From positions 1 to 59,286 of IMG/VR virus record IMGVR_UViG_3300045994_000112: a stretch of 59,286 bases of DNA; one strand, given 5' to 3'. Below, in pieces: positions 1 to 9,684 of this stretch. The stretch comes from a virus. Its lineage: Duplodnaviria > Caudoviricetes. The position numbers were made by a program, and so were the translations under genes. Positions within the stretch are counted from its first letter, which is position 1. Each line of letters opens with the position of its first letter. The notes under the pieces are model-generated. The model saw only the letters and a list, made by a program, of their open reading frames with translations. It searched no databases and was not told where the DNA came from.

Positions 1-105
1 GTCCAGAACCTTTGCGTAGGTAATGTGTGTCTTGGACACGGTATGGGTCTTGTTGTCGATCACGATAACAATGTTGTTACCTTGAATTATGAAGGGATAA
101 GACAT
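1..105 (-). CDS. rIIB-like protein, N-terminus (runs off window)
   Basis: AAGGA SD then MSYPFIIQGNNIVIVIDNKTHTVSKTHITY; lies downstream of rIIA. Confidence 0.6.
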   Translation of the reverse strand, partial: MSYPFIIQGNNIVIVIDNKTHTVSKTHITYAKVLD

Positions 106-159
106 TTTGAATTTCCTTAAAAAGTTGTTGATAGTAGCAGTATATATTAAGATTGTTTA

Positions 160-432
160 TTAGTCAATCTGTTTCGTTTCCGTTAAGTATCTTGATCCGC
201 CTTCTGCAACCAACGCAGCTTTCACGACCAAAATATGTTGTAGCAATTCTGAATCTTCGCTTAGATCAAACTCAATTAAACGTCGTTTGATAGTTAAGTA
301 TGATTCGCATAGCATCTCTAAGTCAGCGCCTATTTGAATTCCATTGAGCACTAAGTTTAATTGTGTGAATATCTCAGCATCGTATTTAAGCCGATCAAAA
401 GAATCACGACTGGTTATTTCGTTTATTCTCAT
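160..432 (-). CDS. hypothetical protein
   Basis: ORF track; start chosen at MRINEITS. Confidence 0.4.
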   Translation of the reverse strand: MRINEITSRDSFDRLKYDAEIFTQLNLVLNGIQIGADLEMLCESYLTIKRRLIEFDLSEDSELLQHILVVKAALVAEGGSRYLTETKQID

Positions 433-576
433 CTGCGCTCTGTTGTATACGAATTCTAAGTTGTTCCGTTTCGACTTGCATTTGTTCAATAATTGCCTTC
501 CGTTGTTCGTGAGGTAAGCTATCAAAATCTACCTTTTCAGTAGGAGAATCCCGAGTATTAAGCTCGTCCAATTTCT

Positions 577-2787
577 TCATTTTGCGTCAATAAGGTTAAT
601 GTATTCTGCAATTGCAGCGTGGTCGCTGCTCGAATTTAGGTGCTTCAACAGGGGATACTTTTTGTAAACGGCACCACATTCGCTTACAAATTTCTTTTTC
701 ATGTCATCAAGTGGGTTAGCCACATTGGGCATGTATGTTGCCAACAGTTTGGTCAAATAGTGCACTTGCGAGTTGATTCGCGTCACACCGTCAAAGTGAT
801 TAAACACTTTAACAAACAAACTATCTGGGGACACTGCATCCTTTACACTACGATTATAGCGCAAGAACGAATAAGAGTCAAGCTCTGAATGCAGTATTCC
901 CATCCAAAACTTGTCATCCAGCTTAGTCAATTGGGCCACAATCATGTCTTCCAAATTGACCCAGTTCTTCTTTACCTTCACTGCATCAATGTCCGCCTTG
1001 CGAACACCGTAAACGGTATGGTTCACAGTGCCTGGAATGTTTGCACGTTGCAGCCAATCCATCAAATCCTTCATGTCAATGTCAATGCTCACTGTGCCCG
1101 GAGCCTTGCCCGTGCAAAATTTGGATTTTGTCACAAAACCAGAAACTGGCATGTAGTAGTGAGTGGCCTTCTTGTCCAGCTTGTTCAAGTCACCAGCATC
1201 GCGCCACACCTTGTCATTGTAACGGTGACGGTTGTTACCACCACGATCTTCCAATTTCAGCAATGTAACTGGTCCACCAGCCTTTGCACCACCAGCACGG
1301 GCCTTTTGGGTCAGTGCAGATGCCTTGAACACTTGAGCAGCGGGCGGGTTATACATTTCCTTCAGGAACTTGGCAACCAGCATGTCCTTTTTCTTGTCCA
1401 CTTTGGACAGTACGTAGACATTCTGCGATGCGTGACGTTGCATTGTCACAGCAGTCTTCCAGTGATGCTTTGCACGTTCAGTAGCACCAACCACCAAGTC
1501 GTTTTCAACAAACATCGTGTCAGGTTGTGCAACAATGTTAAAAATTTCCTTGGAAGGATGTGTAGCGCCGGGAGCCACAGGCTGGGAACGGTCATACTCA
1601 ACACGAGCCTTAATGTTAGAGCAGGTGTTGTAATAGTGCGTCTTAGTGAACGCATTGATCTTGATGTTGTATTTCTTTTCCAAGTCCTTCACATCAAATT
1701 CAAATGTCTTTTCGCGGAAGTAACGGCTTGAGCTGGCCGCCAAGTCCACCAGCGGAAACTTTGTATCCGTCATGTACTTGCTCACAGCCGCAGTAAACAG
1801 TTCTTGACCATGCTTGTTTTTCAAATACGCTTGACGTGCATACAAGCAAGTCAGTGCGTCTGCTTCTGCCGCAACCTTAGTTGCCAGGATAGCGTTCAGT
1901 GCTACCAGCTTTGCCTTGATTGCCGCAATTGTTTCTGGCACGTAGGACAAGCCTTCACGCGATGCTTGGAACTTGATCTCACCAATCGCAAAGTGCAGTT
2001 CCAAACCGCAGCCCAGCAAGCCAGCGAGGTCACCCAAGTTGGAAGCAGAGTTAGGCACGTCAATTGGGTAAGGCACATTGCCCATTACAGCACGGGAACG
2101 TTCGCCGCTCAAGTAGTGCACGCCAGGCACAATGTCTTTTTCTTGGTACTTAGTGGTGTGGAATTCAAAGTGTCGCACGCCGCTGATCACAGGGCGCAGG
2201 GTAAACGTTTGATAAACGTAGCGAGCTTCTTGCTCAAACTTTCCAAAGTCGTAGCGGTCATTGACGGAGAACTTAACTTCAACGCCGTTGGGGTCAGTTG
2301 TCTCAGTCGTTTCCATTGCAGCAATACTTGGCACACCAACTTCGTTAATGAACGCAGTGTAAATGCCCTTCACGCCATCCTTGCACGTTGTAACAGTGAA
2401 GTTATCTGTGTAGGAGAATGGAGACTTGGAGCCTAGTCCCAACCCACCAATTTGGTCGTTGGACTCGCCCTTTGTGGACATGAAGTATGTCGTGTAGATT
2501 TTTGTGATTTGCGCATGGGCCAAGCCCACGCCGTAGTCACGGATGGAGAACCAAGGTTCCAGCTGATTGGGCAGATGCACGTCAAACGGCGTGTCCATCT
2601 TACCAGCGGATTGATGCGAGTCAACTGCATTGCAGGACAGTTCGCGGATAACGGCGCGGATCTTGTTAGCGTACAGGCCGCTGGACAAAATGCCAAAAGC
2701 TTCAGCTGATTGTTGAATACGGAATTCGCCAATCTCTCCTACGTTGGAGATGACAGCTTCATTCTTGGGAGCGGAGTTGATAATCAT
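577..2787 (-). CDS. rIIA: rIIA-like protein with GHKL ATPase N-domain
   Basis: RELSCNAVDS, DYGVG, GGLGLGSKSPFSY and QASREGLSY motifs; 736 aa. Confidence 0.85.
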   Translation of the reverse strand: MIINSAPKNEAVISNVGEIGEFRIQQSAEAFGILSSGLYANKIRAVIRELSCNAVDSHQSAGKMDTPFDVHLPNQLEPWFSIRDYGVGLAHAQITKIYTTYFMSTKGESNDQIGGLGLGSKSPFSYTDNFTVTTCKDGVKGIYTAFINEVGVPSIAAMETTETTDPNGVEVKFSVNDRYDFGKFEQEARYVYQTFTLRPVISGVRHFEFHTTKYQEKDIVPGVHYLSGERSRAVMGNVPYPIDVPNSASNLGDLAGLLGCGLELHFAIGEIKFQASREGLSYVPETIAAIKAKLVALNAILATKVAAEADALTCLYARQAYLKNKHGQELFTAAVSKYMTDTKFPLVDLAASSSRYFREKTFEFDVKDLEKKYNIKINAFTKTHYYNTCSNIKARVEYDRSQPVAPGATHPSKEIFNIVAQPDTMFVENDLVVGATERAKHHWKTAVTMQRHASQNVYVLSKVDKKKDMLVAKFLKEMYNPPAAQVFKASALTQKARAGGAKAGGPVTLLKLEDRGGNNRHRYNDKVWRDAGDLNKLDKKATHYYMPVSGFVTKSKFCTGKAPGTVSIDIDMKDLMDWLQRANIPGTVNHTVYGVRKADIDAVKVKKNWVNLEDMIVAQLTKLDDKFWMGILHSELDSYSFLRYNRSVKDAVSPDSLFVKVFNHFDGVTRINSQVHYLTKLLATYMPNVANPLDDMKKKFVSECGAVYKKYPLLKHLNSSSDHAAIAEYINLIDAK

Positions 2788-2946
2788 TTATTTCGATTCC
2801 TTAATCATTGCTTGAGCGTAAACGGAACCACCTTGGTCCTTTGCGACAGTAACACCACCTTGCGGTTTCCAACCGTTTTTCAACATCAGATTGACAACGT
2901 GGATAAGATCTGGCCCACTTGATGCCGCAGCTACAAAATATTCCAT
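2788..2946 (-). CDS. small hypothetical protein (DUF1737-like)
   Basis: Hand-translated 52 aa with LKNGWKPQGGV...YAQAM; follows a promoter. Confidence 0.55.
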   Translation of the reverse strand: MEYFVAAASSGPDLIHVVNLMLKNGWKPQGGVTVAKDQGGSVYAQAMIKESK

Positions 2947-2976
2947 TTATTGCCTTCGTTTACTTACTAAGCCACT

Positions 2977-3005
2977 ATTGTACATTAAAAGGATTTATTA
3001 CGCAA
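2977..3005 (-). promoter_or_regulatory. sigma70-type early promoter
   Basis: TTGCGT-17-TACAAT followed by the shared CTTAGTAAGTAA leader. Confidence 0.7.
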
Positions 3006-3201
3006 ATCTGTAGAACAGATAAGCGATCAGCGAAATCACACCCGTCGCTGAGCCCATGCAAATCAGCAAACCCAATGCAGGATCAGGCAACCAGCTCACG
3101 TAGCGTTGTTCAAGTTTTTCCATACGTTCCTCCGTCATTTGTTTCCGCACAGGGCAATCACGCCCTTGACGGCATTCGCCATATTCGTCGCAGCAATTCA
3201 T
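2998..3201 (-). CDS. small membrane protein
   Basis: N-terminal Cys cluster and C-terminal hydrophobic helix; coupled to upstream ORF. Confidence 0.6.
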   Translation of the reverse strand: MNCCDEYGECRQGRDCPVRKQMTEERMEKLEQRYVSWLPDPALGLLICMGSATGVISLIAYLFYRFA

Positions 3202-3407
3202 TTCGTGCCCCAGTCAAAACGCCTGCGGGTTGCAAGTGTCCACACAGCGGCAATGTCGTCGACGCCCAGCATAACAGGGGTCACGCTACCAGCAGCATCC
3301 CATTTCCACGTTCCATTTTGGATTGAAAAAGAGTTGCACCAGAAGTCTTGGACATAGCCGCTCTTGTAAACGACACGGACTTTGAATTGAGTTTTGAGTT
3401 TGATCAT
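3198..3407 (-). CDS. hypothetical protein
   Basis: ATGA overlaps with both neighbours. Confidence 0.6.
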   Translation of the reverse strand: MIKLKTQFKVRVVYKSGYVQDFWCNSFSIQNGTWKWDAAGSVTPVMLGVDDIAAVWTLATRRRFDWGTK

Positions 3408-3613
3408 GCTGAGAGTAGTTCCACAATGTGAGCGTTGATAACGGCCATTTCTTCGTTGGACACATAAAAATCTGATCTAGGATCATAATATGCACCCTCT
3501 TTGGTATCGTAATACAGGACGCGGCCAGAGAAGGAAAACGGGCCTTCAAGTCCCTTACGGAAGCCGTAAGTGTCACGCATGTTATCTACTTCGCGAACTG
3601 CTTTGTAACCCAT
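3404..3613 (-). CDS. hypothetical early protein
   Basis: GGAG SD; first gene after promoter; GLEGPF...LYYD..EG.YYDP. Confidence 0.7.
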   Translation of the reverse strand: MGYKAVREVDNMRDTYGFRKGLEGPFSFSGRVLYYDTKEGAYYDPRSDFYVSNEEMAVINAHIVELLSA

Positions 3614-3642
3614 TTCTAACTCCGTTTACTTACTAAGTCATC

Positions 3643-3671
3643 ATTGTACATTAAAGTCATTTAATGGTCAA
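3643..3671 (-). promoter_or_regulatory. sigma70-type early promoter
   Basis: TTGACC-17-TACAAT. Confidence 0.75.
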
Positions 3672-3709
3672 ATTTACTTTCACTCAGTATTTACGCATGT
3701 AAATACACG

Positions 3710-5620
3710 ATGAGCAATATTATCCCAATCATTCAAGAAGAAAAACCAGTTCCAGAATCTGTCGCAGATGTAGGCAGTTCCAAAGATTGGGCAATGGTTA
3801 AAACGATGCAAGACTTTGCACGTAACAAACCGCAAAAGAATTTGACCCCAGTCACAATCAATGCAGCAACAAGAAAAACCAAATTGGCATTGCTCGTGCT
3901 ACCAGAGTGGGGTGTTTACTTTCCGCCGTACAATCTGTCACGCCTTAGTGCAGTGGCACGCTCTGCTGGTTATGAAGTTAAGGTGTATGACGTAAACATT
4001 GACGCTTGGCACAAGTTGCGCAACCAATTGGATTTTGATCCGTGGGACCCATCAAAGGAATTCCTATGGGAAAAGGCAGGCACTTACCTTACGCAGTTGC
4101 ACCAACACCTTGAGCCTATCTACCATTCATTCATCGACCAGTTAGAAGAATATGAACCCGATGTGGTTGGTTTTACTTTGTACTACACAAACGAAATACC
4201 CACTAACAGGATGATGCGTGACTTGCAGAAGCGTTTACCTAATGCAAAGTACATCGTAGGTGGACCGCAAGCTAATACACCCAACCCAACCACAATGCGA
4301 CAGTTTGATTACATCGTGCAAGGTGAAGGCGAGCAGTTGTTACTCACTGTGCTGGATAGTATCGAAGAAGGTAAGACATTGGATAGCAAGGTATTGGTTC
4401 AACCGAAGACGGTTCGCCTGGACCTTGACTCTATGCCGTTCCCAGACTACACAGACTATGATATGTCGCTGTACACAATCCCAAATGGCAACAGTTCTGA
4501 GATTTCCAGAGGGTGTGTGGCGAAGTGTGTTTTTTGCACGGAAGTTCACTTTTGGAAGTACCGTGGTCGCCAGTCTGGATCTATTCTTGATGAAGTGCAG
4601 TATCAATACGATTCGTTTGGTTTGGACTTTATTTGGTTCATTGACTCGCTTGTAAACGGCAACTTGAAAGAGTTACATGCGTTTGTACTTGGGGTTGCAG
4701 AGCGCAAGCTTCCTATTCGCTGGCAAGGTTACGCACGATGCGACATACGCATGGATGCAGATTACTTTAGAGATCTTGCTAACGGTGGTTGTCACATGCT
4801 TAACTACGGTGTTGAGTCTGGATCGCAGCGAGTGCTTGATGTGATGCAAAAGAAGATTACCCGCCAAGCTATCGAGAATAACTTACGTGATGGCGCAGTT
4901 GCAGGTATTGCAAACTCCACAAACTGGATCATTGGCTTCCCAACTGAAAAGACAATGGACCTTGCAGATACTTTAACCATCTTGTATCGCATTCGCAATT
5001 ACAACCTAATCAATGTTTCTGGTGGTGTGTCAATGGTGCTATCGCCAGGTGCAGAGGTTACTGACAATCAAGACGCATTTGGCATTAGCCCACATTCCTT
5101 CCTTGGTGCATGGACCACAAAGGATCTCACTAACACTAAGCTACACAGGATGATTAGACAGAAGTCTTTCCAAATATTTGGGCAGCATTTAGGTTCAGAC
5201 AAGCCAGTAGATGGTCTTGCTCGCCCATCATTGCGTAAGCATTACGAGATTGAGTACGATGCGAGCAAGATGAAGGCGACAATTCCGTACGAGGAATTTA
5301 ACTATAACATCATTCCCGAGAGTATGGGCCCGTTCCAAGACTCGTTAGTCAATGAGATATGGCCACTGCTTCGCACATTTTGGCGCACAGTGGGTCCATA
5401 CAAAATTACTTTGCGTAATACGCCAGAGACAGATATGGCAGAGTGGGGGTCAAGACTTGCCGCAACTTACACATCAACTCACAAGTTTGAGATTGACGAG
5501 AACGGCAAGTGGGAAGCACATTTTGTTTTCAAGTTTGTGCACGACGAAGCTGCCTGCATACAGAACTTCGGCGACAAGAGCTTCGAACTTGATTGGTTCG
5601 GCTCGGGCTATTGGCTATAA
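3710..5620 (+). CDS. B12-binding-domain radical SAM enzyme
   Basis: SRGCVAKCVFC (CxxxCxxC), GVESGSQRVL and N-terminal PDVVGF..IVGGP; TAAATA upstream. Confidence 0.9.
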   Translation: MSNIIPIIQEEKPVPESVADVGSSKDWAMVKTMQDFARNKPQKNLTPVTINAATRKTKLALLVLPEWGVYFPPYNLSRLSAVARSAGYEVKVYDVNIDAWHKLRNQLDFDPWDPSKEFLWEKAGTYLTQLHQHLEPIYHSFIDQLEEYEPDVVGFTLYYTNEIPTNRMMRDLQKRLPNAKYIVGGPQANTPNPTTMRQFDYIVQGEGEQLLLTVLDSIEEGKTLDSKVLVQPKTVRLDLDSMPFPDYTDYDMSLYTIPNGNSSEISRGCVAKCVFCTEVHFWKYRGRQSGSILDEVQYQYDSFGLDFIWFIDSLVNGNLKELHAFVLGVAERKLPIRWQGYARCDIRMDADYFRDLANGGCHMLNYGVESGSQRVLDVMQKKITRQAIENNLRDGAVAGIANSTNWIIGFPTEKTMDLADTLTILYRIRNYNLINVSGGVSMVLSPGAEVTDNQDAFGISPHSFLGAWTTKDLTNTKLHRMIRQKSFQIFGQHLGSDKPVDGLARPSLRKHYEIEYDASKMKATIPYEEFNYNIIPESMGPFQDSLVNEIWPLLRTFWRTVGPYKITLRNTPETDMAEWGSRLAATYTSTHKFEIDENGKWEAHFVFKFVHDEAACIQNFGDKSFELDWFGSGYWL

Positions 5621-5998
5621 CTTGATCTGCAGATCGAAGTGATCGATGTGCGTGACAAAAATATGCTCAAGGTCTTGAGTCACGTAGTCTAACAACCGTG
5701 GGCTCTTGCTTGGAATTGTGTCAACAAGATGTTTCATTTTTTCTCTAATCTTGTCGTGCTCGGCCTTATGGCCTTCCAGGTATTTGTACCCTGACCCGGC
5801 CATTAACTGTTCTTCGTGTGCCAAGTGTCTTATTAACTCGTCTGTCAGCTCGTGTAGTAGTAGAGTGATCTCGCCAGTGTCTAGTGGATTTGTACGGCAC
5901 AGCATAACTATGACGTCCATCTTTTTAATGAGATCGAAATGCTCGTCGTCAATGATGGTGATGCCCGTGCGGTAATGGGCGAACCGTTCTAAGTTCAT
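5615..5998 (-). CDS. hemerythrin-like protein
   Basis: IDDEH, HLAHEEQLM, HKAEH, HIDHFD ligands. Confidence 0.9.
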   Translation of the reverse strand: MNLERFAHYRTGITIIDDEHFDLIKKMDVIVMLCRTNPLDTGEITLLLHELTDELIRHLAHEEQLMAGSGYKYLEGHKAEHDKIREKMKHLVDTIPSKSPRLLDYVTQDLEHIFVTHIDHFDLQIKL

Positions 5999-6101
5999 TT
6001 TGTGCTTTCGGGAGGTTTATGTTACTGCGGTTTTAGTTGAAGGTGCAGTGTAAGTATTTATAGGGCTCCCGCGAGCGTTATAGTAGCTTACATTGCCTTA
6101 A

Positions 6102-6482
6102 CTATTCCAATTTAATTTGCATGTCGTATTGGTCGATGTGGTCGAAAAAAACGAACTCTAAGTCGTTTGCTATGCGGGCAATGTGCTCGAAATCAAATTC
6201 TCTGTTGATCAAATCTTGTAAGTGTTTGCGTAACTCACCATGAGCATAACAGTGAGAAGCGACGAACTTGTAATTTGCATCACGCATTAACTGTTCTTCA
6301 TTGACGAAGTGCTCGTCAAGCCTTACGCTAATATCTACCAATGATTGCTTTATTAATTTAGCATCAGTTGGACGAATGCGGCACAGCTTTAGTACGCTGT
6401 CGCACATTTTAATCAAGGATAGGTGCTCGTCGTCTATTGCGGCGTATCCAGTCCTGTAATGAACAAATCTATTTTCAATCAT
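6102..6482 (-). CDS. hemerythrin-like protein
   Basis: IDDEH, HFVNEEQLM, HCYAH, HIDQYD; paralog of neighbour. Confidence 0.9.
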   Translation of the reverse strand: MIENRFVHYRTGYAAIDDEHLSLIKMCDSVLKLCRIRPTDAKLIKQSLVDISVRLDEHFVNEEQLMRDANYKFVASHCYAHGELRKHLQDLINREFDFEHIARIANDLEFVFFDHIDQYDMQIKLE

Positions 6483-6510
6483 CTCCCCACCCATCTTCCT
6501 ATTTAGCTGT

Positions 6511-6912
6511 TTATGCCACGGTCAGCCCGCCGTTGATTAGCTCAGTACGAGCCGTTTTCAGTTTGTCGGGATCAACGGTCAGTGTGACCCGTGTCCCGTT
6601 GTTTTTCATATCGTCCCACATATCCTTGGCTTCTTTGAGACCGTTACCTGTTACAGTGCGGATAGCTTTGATAGCTGCCACCGCATTTTGTGATTGTCCT
6701 GCCAATGGCGGCTTGTAACAAATGTGCAGCCTGGAATTGTACTCACCAGTGATCATTGCGAAGAAGATCTGGCCCTTAACTTCTGGATCAAGTGTATCCG
6801 CAATGGTTTCCCACAGTTGCAAACCGACGTCTGCACCATAAGCTTCAGTGATGGTACGCATAAACTGCATACCGTCAGTGATGATCGCTGTCTTGTGTTC
6901 TTCAGGAAGCAT
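6511..6912 (-). CDS. protein with ribosomal bL12 C-terminal-like domain
   Basis: VAAIKAIRTVTGNGLKEAKDM...L...G.TV. Confidence 0.75.
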   Translation of the reverse strand: MLPEEHKTAIITDGMQFMRTITEAYGADVGLQLWETIADTLDPEVKGQIFFAMITGEYNSRLHICYKPPLAGQSQNAVAAIKAIRTVTGNGLKEAKDMWDDMKNNGTRVTLTVDPDKLKTARTELINGGLTVA

Positions 6913-6917
6913 TGTGT

Positions 6918-7355
6918 TTACCAAGAAATAGTGGTGTATCCGGAATCGCGCTGGTCGTAACCTTCAGACCAAACCACCTTAAAGCCCAGATTCTGGAGGC
7001 GCAGTTTTACAACATCGTCAAGTTTGCCAGCTTGGACGCTGTCCTGCCCTTTAGCAGCCGCACCTTGGACGCTTTCCAAAATCTTCGTGGTCTCTAATCG
7101 CTTGTAATCACCGTCAAGGGACCGTGCGTTGTCAGTCGCCAGTCGGGCTGTTTGTGCATTAACAGTGTATGGTGTCATTTTCTCAGTTCCTTTAATCATT
7201 GTAACATCTGTTATATAAGCCGTCTTTGGGTATTTGTCTTCCACTACCCGCCTGGCGCCCTCTGATGTATTTGCATACACCGTCATGCTATAGCAGTCGT
7301 TGGCGCAGGGGCCAGTTTCGTATTTCACTCTCCAGGCCTGTGTGTAATTACTCAT
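6918..7355 (-). CDS. hypothetical protein (possibly two fused ORFs)
   Basis: Start at MSNYTQ directly after upstream stop. Confidence 0.55.
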   Translation of the reverse strand: MSNYTQAWRVKYETGPCANDCYSMTVYANTSEGARRVVEDKYPKTAYITDVTMIKGTEKMTPYTVNAQTARLATDNARSLDGDYKRLETTKILESVQGAAAKGQDSVQAGKLDDVVKLRLQNLGFKVVWSEGYDQRDSGYTTISW

Positions 7356-7356
7356 A

Positions 7357-8424
7357 TTATGCTCGCATACAAGTTGCTTTGGCCATGTGCATCCACTTTG
7401 CATCAAAGCTCTTGCGCAGTTGACCAATCTTGATCGCCATACGCAGGGACACTTCGCGCAGTTTTTCCTTGTTGATGTCCATGAACGCAATCACTTCGTC
7501 AGCTTGGGCCTTGTTCAATTCCAGATCGTCAAACAGGTGACCGTCATCGTGGATTTGCTTGATACGCATGATCTTGTCACGCATAGTATCCAGCGTCAGG
7601 TCCAGGTAGTGGCAACGCGATTGCAGTGCAGCCAAGTGATCAGCCAGCTTGCCCTTGAACTTGTCGAACTTCAAGTTGGAGATGAAGATGATCGAACCCT
7701 TGAAGTCGAAGCTGTCAGGGATGCCTTCTTTGTTCAAGTAGGAGGAGTCAGCCAACCAGGAAATCTTGCGGCGCTTGCCGGAGTCCAGTGCACCCTTGAG
7801 CAAGTTCAGCGAAACGTCGTCAAGCAGAACAGTGTCGCAATCGTCAAACACCAGCACGGAATCTTCGTCGCTATACTTGTAGAGCTGAGTGTACAGTGCA
7901 ACAGGAGTCACAGCGCCCTTGATCACTTCAGCACGGAGGCGAGCGCCAGGGTTCTTGACACGGTCAAACAACAGTGCCTTGTCGATGATTTGCTCAACGC
8001 CAAAGGACTTACCAACACCAGGAGGGCCAGACACAATCATAGCGCGGATGTTGCCTTCAACAACGGCTTCCGTCATCTCGTCCAGCATGGAGAAGCGTTC
8101 ACGGATACGGGCAATCACTTCGTCGTCAGTTTCAACTTCGTGCACAATAGCCACGTCGTCCTCTGCGGAAGCGAGTGCAATAGCGGAAGGGGTAAGCTCG
8201 ACGCCTGGAGCAGTCTGAGCAAGGTACTCATTGACAGTGGCGATGTTGAAGGCTTTGGGCGATGCAAGCATGATGCGGATGTTACGCTCCATCTTGAAGT
8301 AGGAACCGTCAACGGTAATGTAACCGCCTTTGGTGCCCATTTTGAAGGGCTTGACAAGAGGCAAAACAACGTTGGAAACGGGCTTACCTGCATACAAACC
8401 GGACAAAACGCGAACATAAGACAT
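7357..8424 (-). CDS. AAA+/P-loop ATPase
   Basis: Walker A GPPGVGKS; Walker B VLVFDDCD. Confidence 0.85.
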   Translation of the reverse strand: MSYVRVLSGLYAGKPVSNVVLPLVKPFKMGTKGGYITVDGSYFKMERNIRIMLASPKAFNIATVNEYLAQTAPGVELTPSAIALASAEDDVAIVHEVETDDEVIARIRERFSMLDEMTEAVVEGNIRAMIVSGPPGVGKSFGVEQIIDKALLFDRVKNPGARLRAEVIKGAVTPVALYTQLYKYSDEDSVLVFDDCDTVLLDDVSLNLLKGALDSGKRRKISWLADSSYLNKEGIPDSFDFKGSIIFISNLKFDKFKGKLADHLAALQSRCHYLDLTLDTMRDKIMRIKQIHDDGHLFDDLELNKAQADEVIAFMDINKEKLREVSLRMAIKIGQLRKSFDAKWMHMAKATCMRA

Positions 8425-8455
8425 GCAAACTCCTTTAATTACTTACTAAGCCACT

Positions 8456-8484
8456 ATTGTACATTAAAACCATTTAATGGTCAA
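8456..8484 (-). promoter_or_regulatory. sigma70-type early promoter
   Basis: TTGACC-17-TACAAT. Confidence 0.75.
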
Positions 8485-8485
8485 A

Positions 8486-8746
8486 TCACGCAATAACAGT
8501 GATACGGCCCGGAAAATGCTTGTCCAGGAAGTGCAGCCCTTCGCGGGGTGCACCGAAATCTTGAGTGGAATCCACGGCCCGTGCTTCGCCGGACCAAACG
8601 CAAGCAATAGCCTTGCAATTGATGTAATTGCCACCGTCAAGCAGTGCAATTACCTTGCCAATCATGTAGCAGTCTTCACGGCCCGCAAAATCAAGTGCTT
8701 TGATAATGTCGCCAACTTTAACTTCTGCTGCCATTTTCAACTCCAA
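8486..8746 (-). CDS. hypothetical early protein
   Basis: ORF between two promoters; GGAG SD. Confidence 0.65.
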   Translation of the reverse strand: MELKMAAEVKVGDIIKALDFAGREDCYMIGKVIALLDGGNYINCKAIACVWSGEARAVDSTQDFGAPREGLHFLDKHFPGRITVIA

Positions 8747-8764
8747 GTAACTTACTAAGTCATC

Positions 8765-8793
8765 ATTGTATATTAAGTGGATTTAAATGTCAA
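8765..8793 (-). promoter_or_regulatory. sigma70-type early promoter
   Basis: TTGACA-17-TACAAT. Confidence 0.75.
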
Positions 8794-8811
8794 AACAGAG
8801 CTAAATACCTA

Positions 8812-9684
8812 ATGAAAGCAAAAGAAATCATCACAGAAATCGAGCGTTTGAATTCCAGGGACTTCTCAGGCGGAAAAGAGTACCTTGGTTCTTCCATCCC
8901 TAAAAACGTACAGTGGAAGCCATTGCCAGGCGGGTCAGGTTTACAGTGGGGACTCGAAAAGTCTCACTACGGCAGCTTAAATGTCTGCATTATTGATGCA
9001 AGCCTTACTCCACCACCTCCTAAACCATTCGTGCCACCGGAGCGTATGGCATGGTGGGACAATGCAACCTACCAATGGAGAGTCAAAGCCGCAAAACAGG
9101 ATTGGGCAGAGGAGCAACAAGGCGGGAAGATTCAGTTAGTTGGTCGCTTATCATTACACCCACACAAGGGAATCTTTAAAAACGCATACGAAGTGCACAC
9201 CATTACTGTAGATGAAGATCGTCGTGGCATTGGTCTTGCATTAGCATTATACGGCATTGTCCTAACGCAAATGGGCGCAACATTAGTATCGGGCGATTCG
9301 CAAACACCGGGTGGACGTCGCAATTGGTTGAACATTGCAAGCGTTCCTGGTGCAGTGGTTAAGGGATTATTGCGTATAGGCGACGAAAACTTTGGCCCTA
9401 CCAAAGTATTACCCAAGAATGCAGGCCAATGGGAAAAGAATGACTATAAATCCTATTACGCAAACGCCGACAAAAAAATTGATATGCTAATGCAACTTGG
9501 CTTCCAGTACCTAGGCGAGAAAAAAGAATATAGCAGTGTAAATCATTTCTTCTCTTTTGACGTTAAGGCTGGCAAAGGTCCGTATGGCGGCCCAGAGCTT
9601 GCACCGGCAATCAAGAATCAGTTAAGCGGCATCTACGAAAAATACAGCACGTTACTATATGCACAGTGGACAGGACAACAATGA
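8812..9684 (+). CDS. GNAT-like acetyltransferase, probable virion internal protein
   Basis: TVDEDRRGIGLALALY, SGDSQTPGGRRNW; MKAKEIITE start; TAAATA upstream. Confidence 0.65.
   Translation: MKAKEIITEIERLNSRDFSGGKEYLGSSIPKNVQWKPLPGGSGLQWGLEKSHYGSLNVCIIDASLTPPPPKPFVPPERMAWWDNATYQWRVKAAKQDWAEEQQGGKIQLVGRLSLHPHKGIFKNAYEVHTITVDEDRRGIGLALALYGIVLTQMGATLVSGDSQTPGGRRNWLNIASVPGAVVKGLLRIGDENFGPTKVLPKNAGQWEKNDYKSYYANADKKIDMLMQLGFQYLGEKKEYSSVNHFFSFDVKAGKGPYGGPELAPAIKNQLSGIYEKYSTLLYAQWTGQQ

Noticed and set aside
889-2436. Long plus-strand ORFs opposite rIIA (also 7387-8496 and 55236-56234)
   Set aside because: Antisense shadows of codon-biased genes; no motifs or RBS
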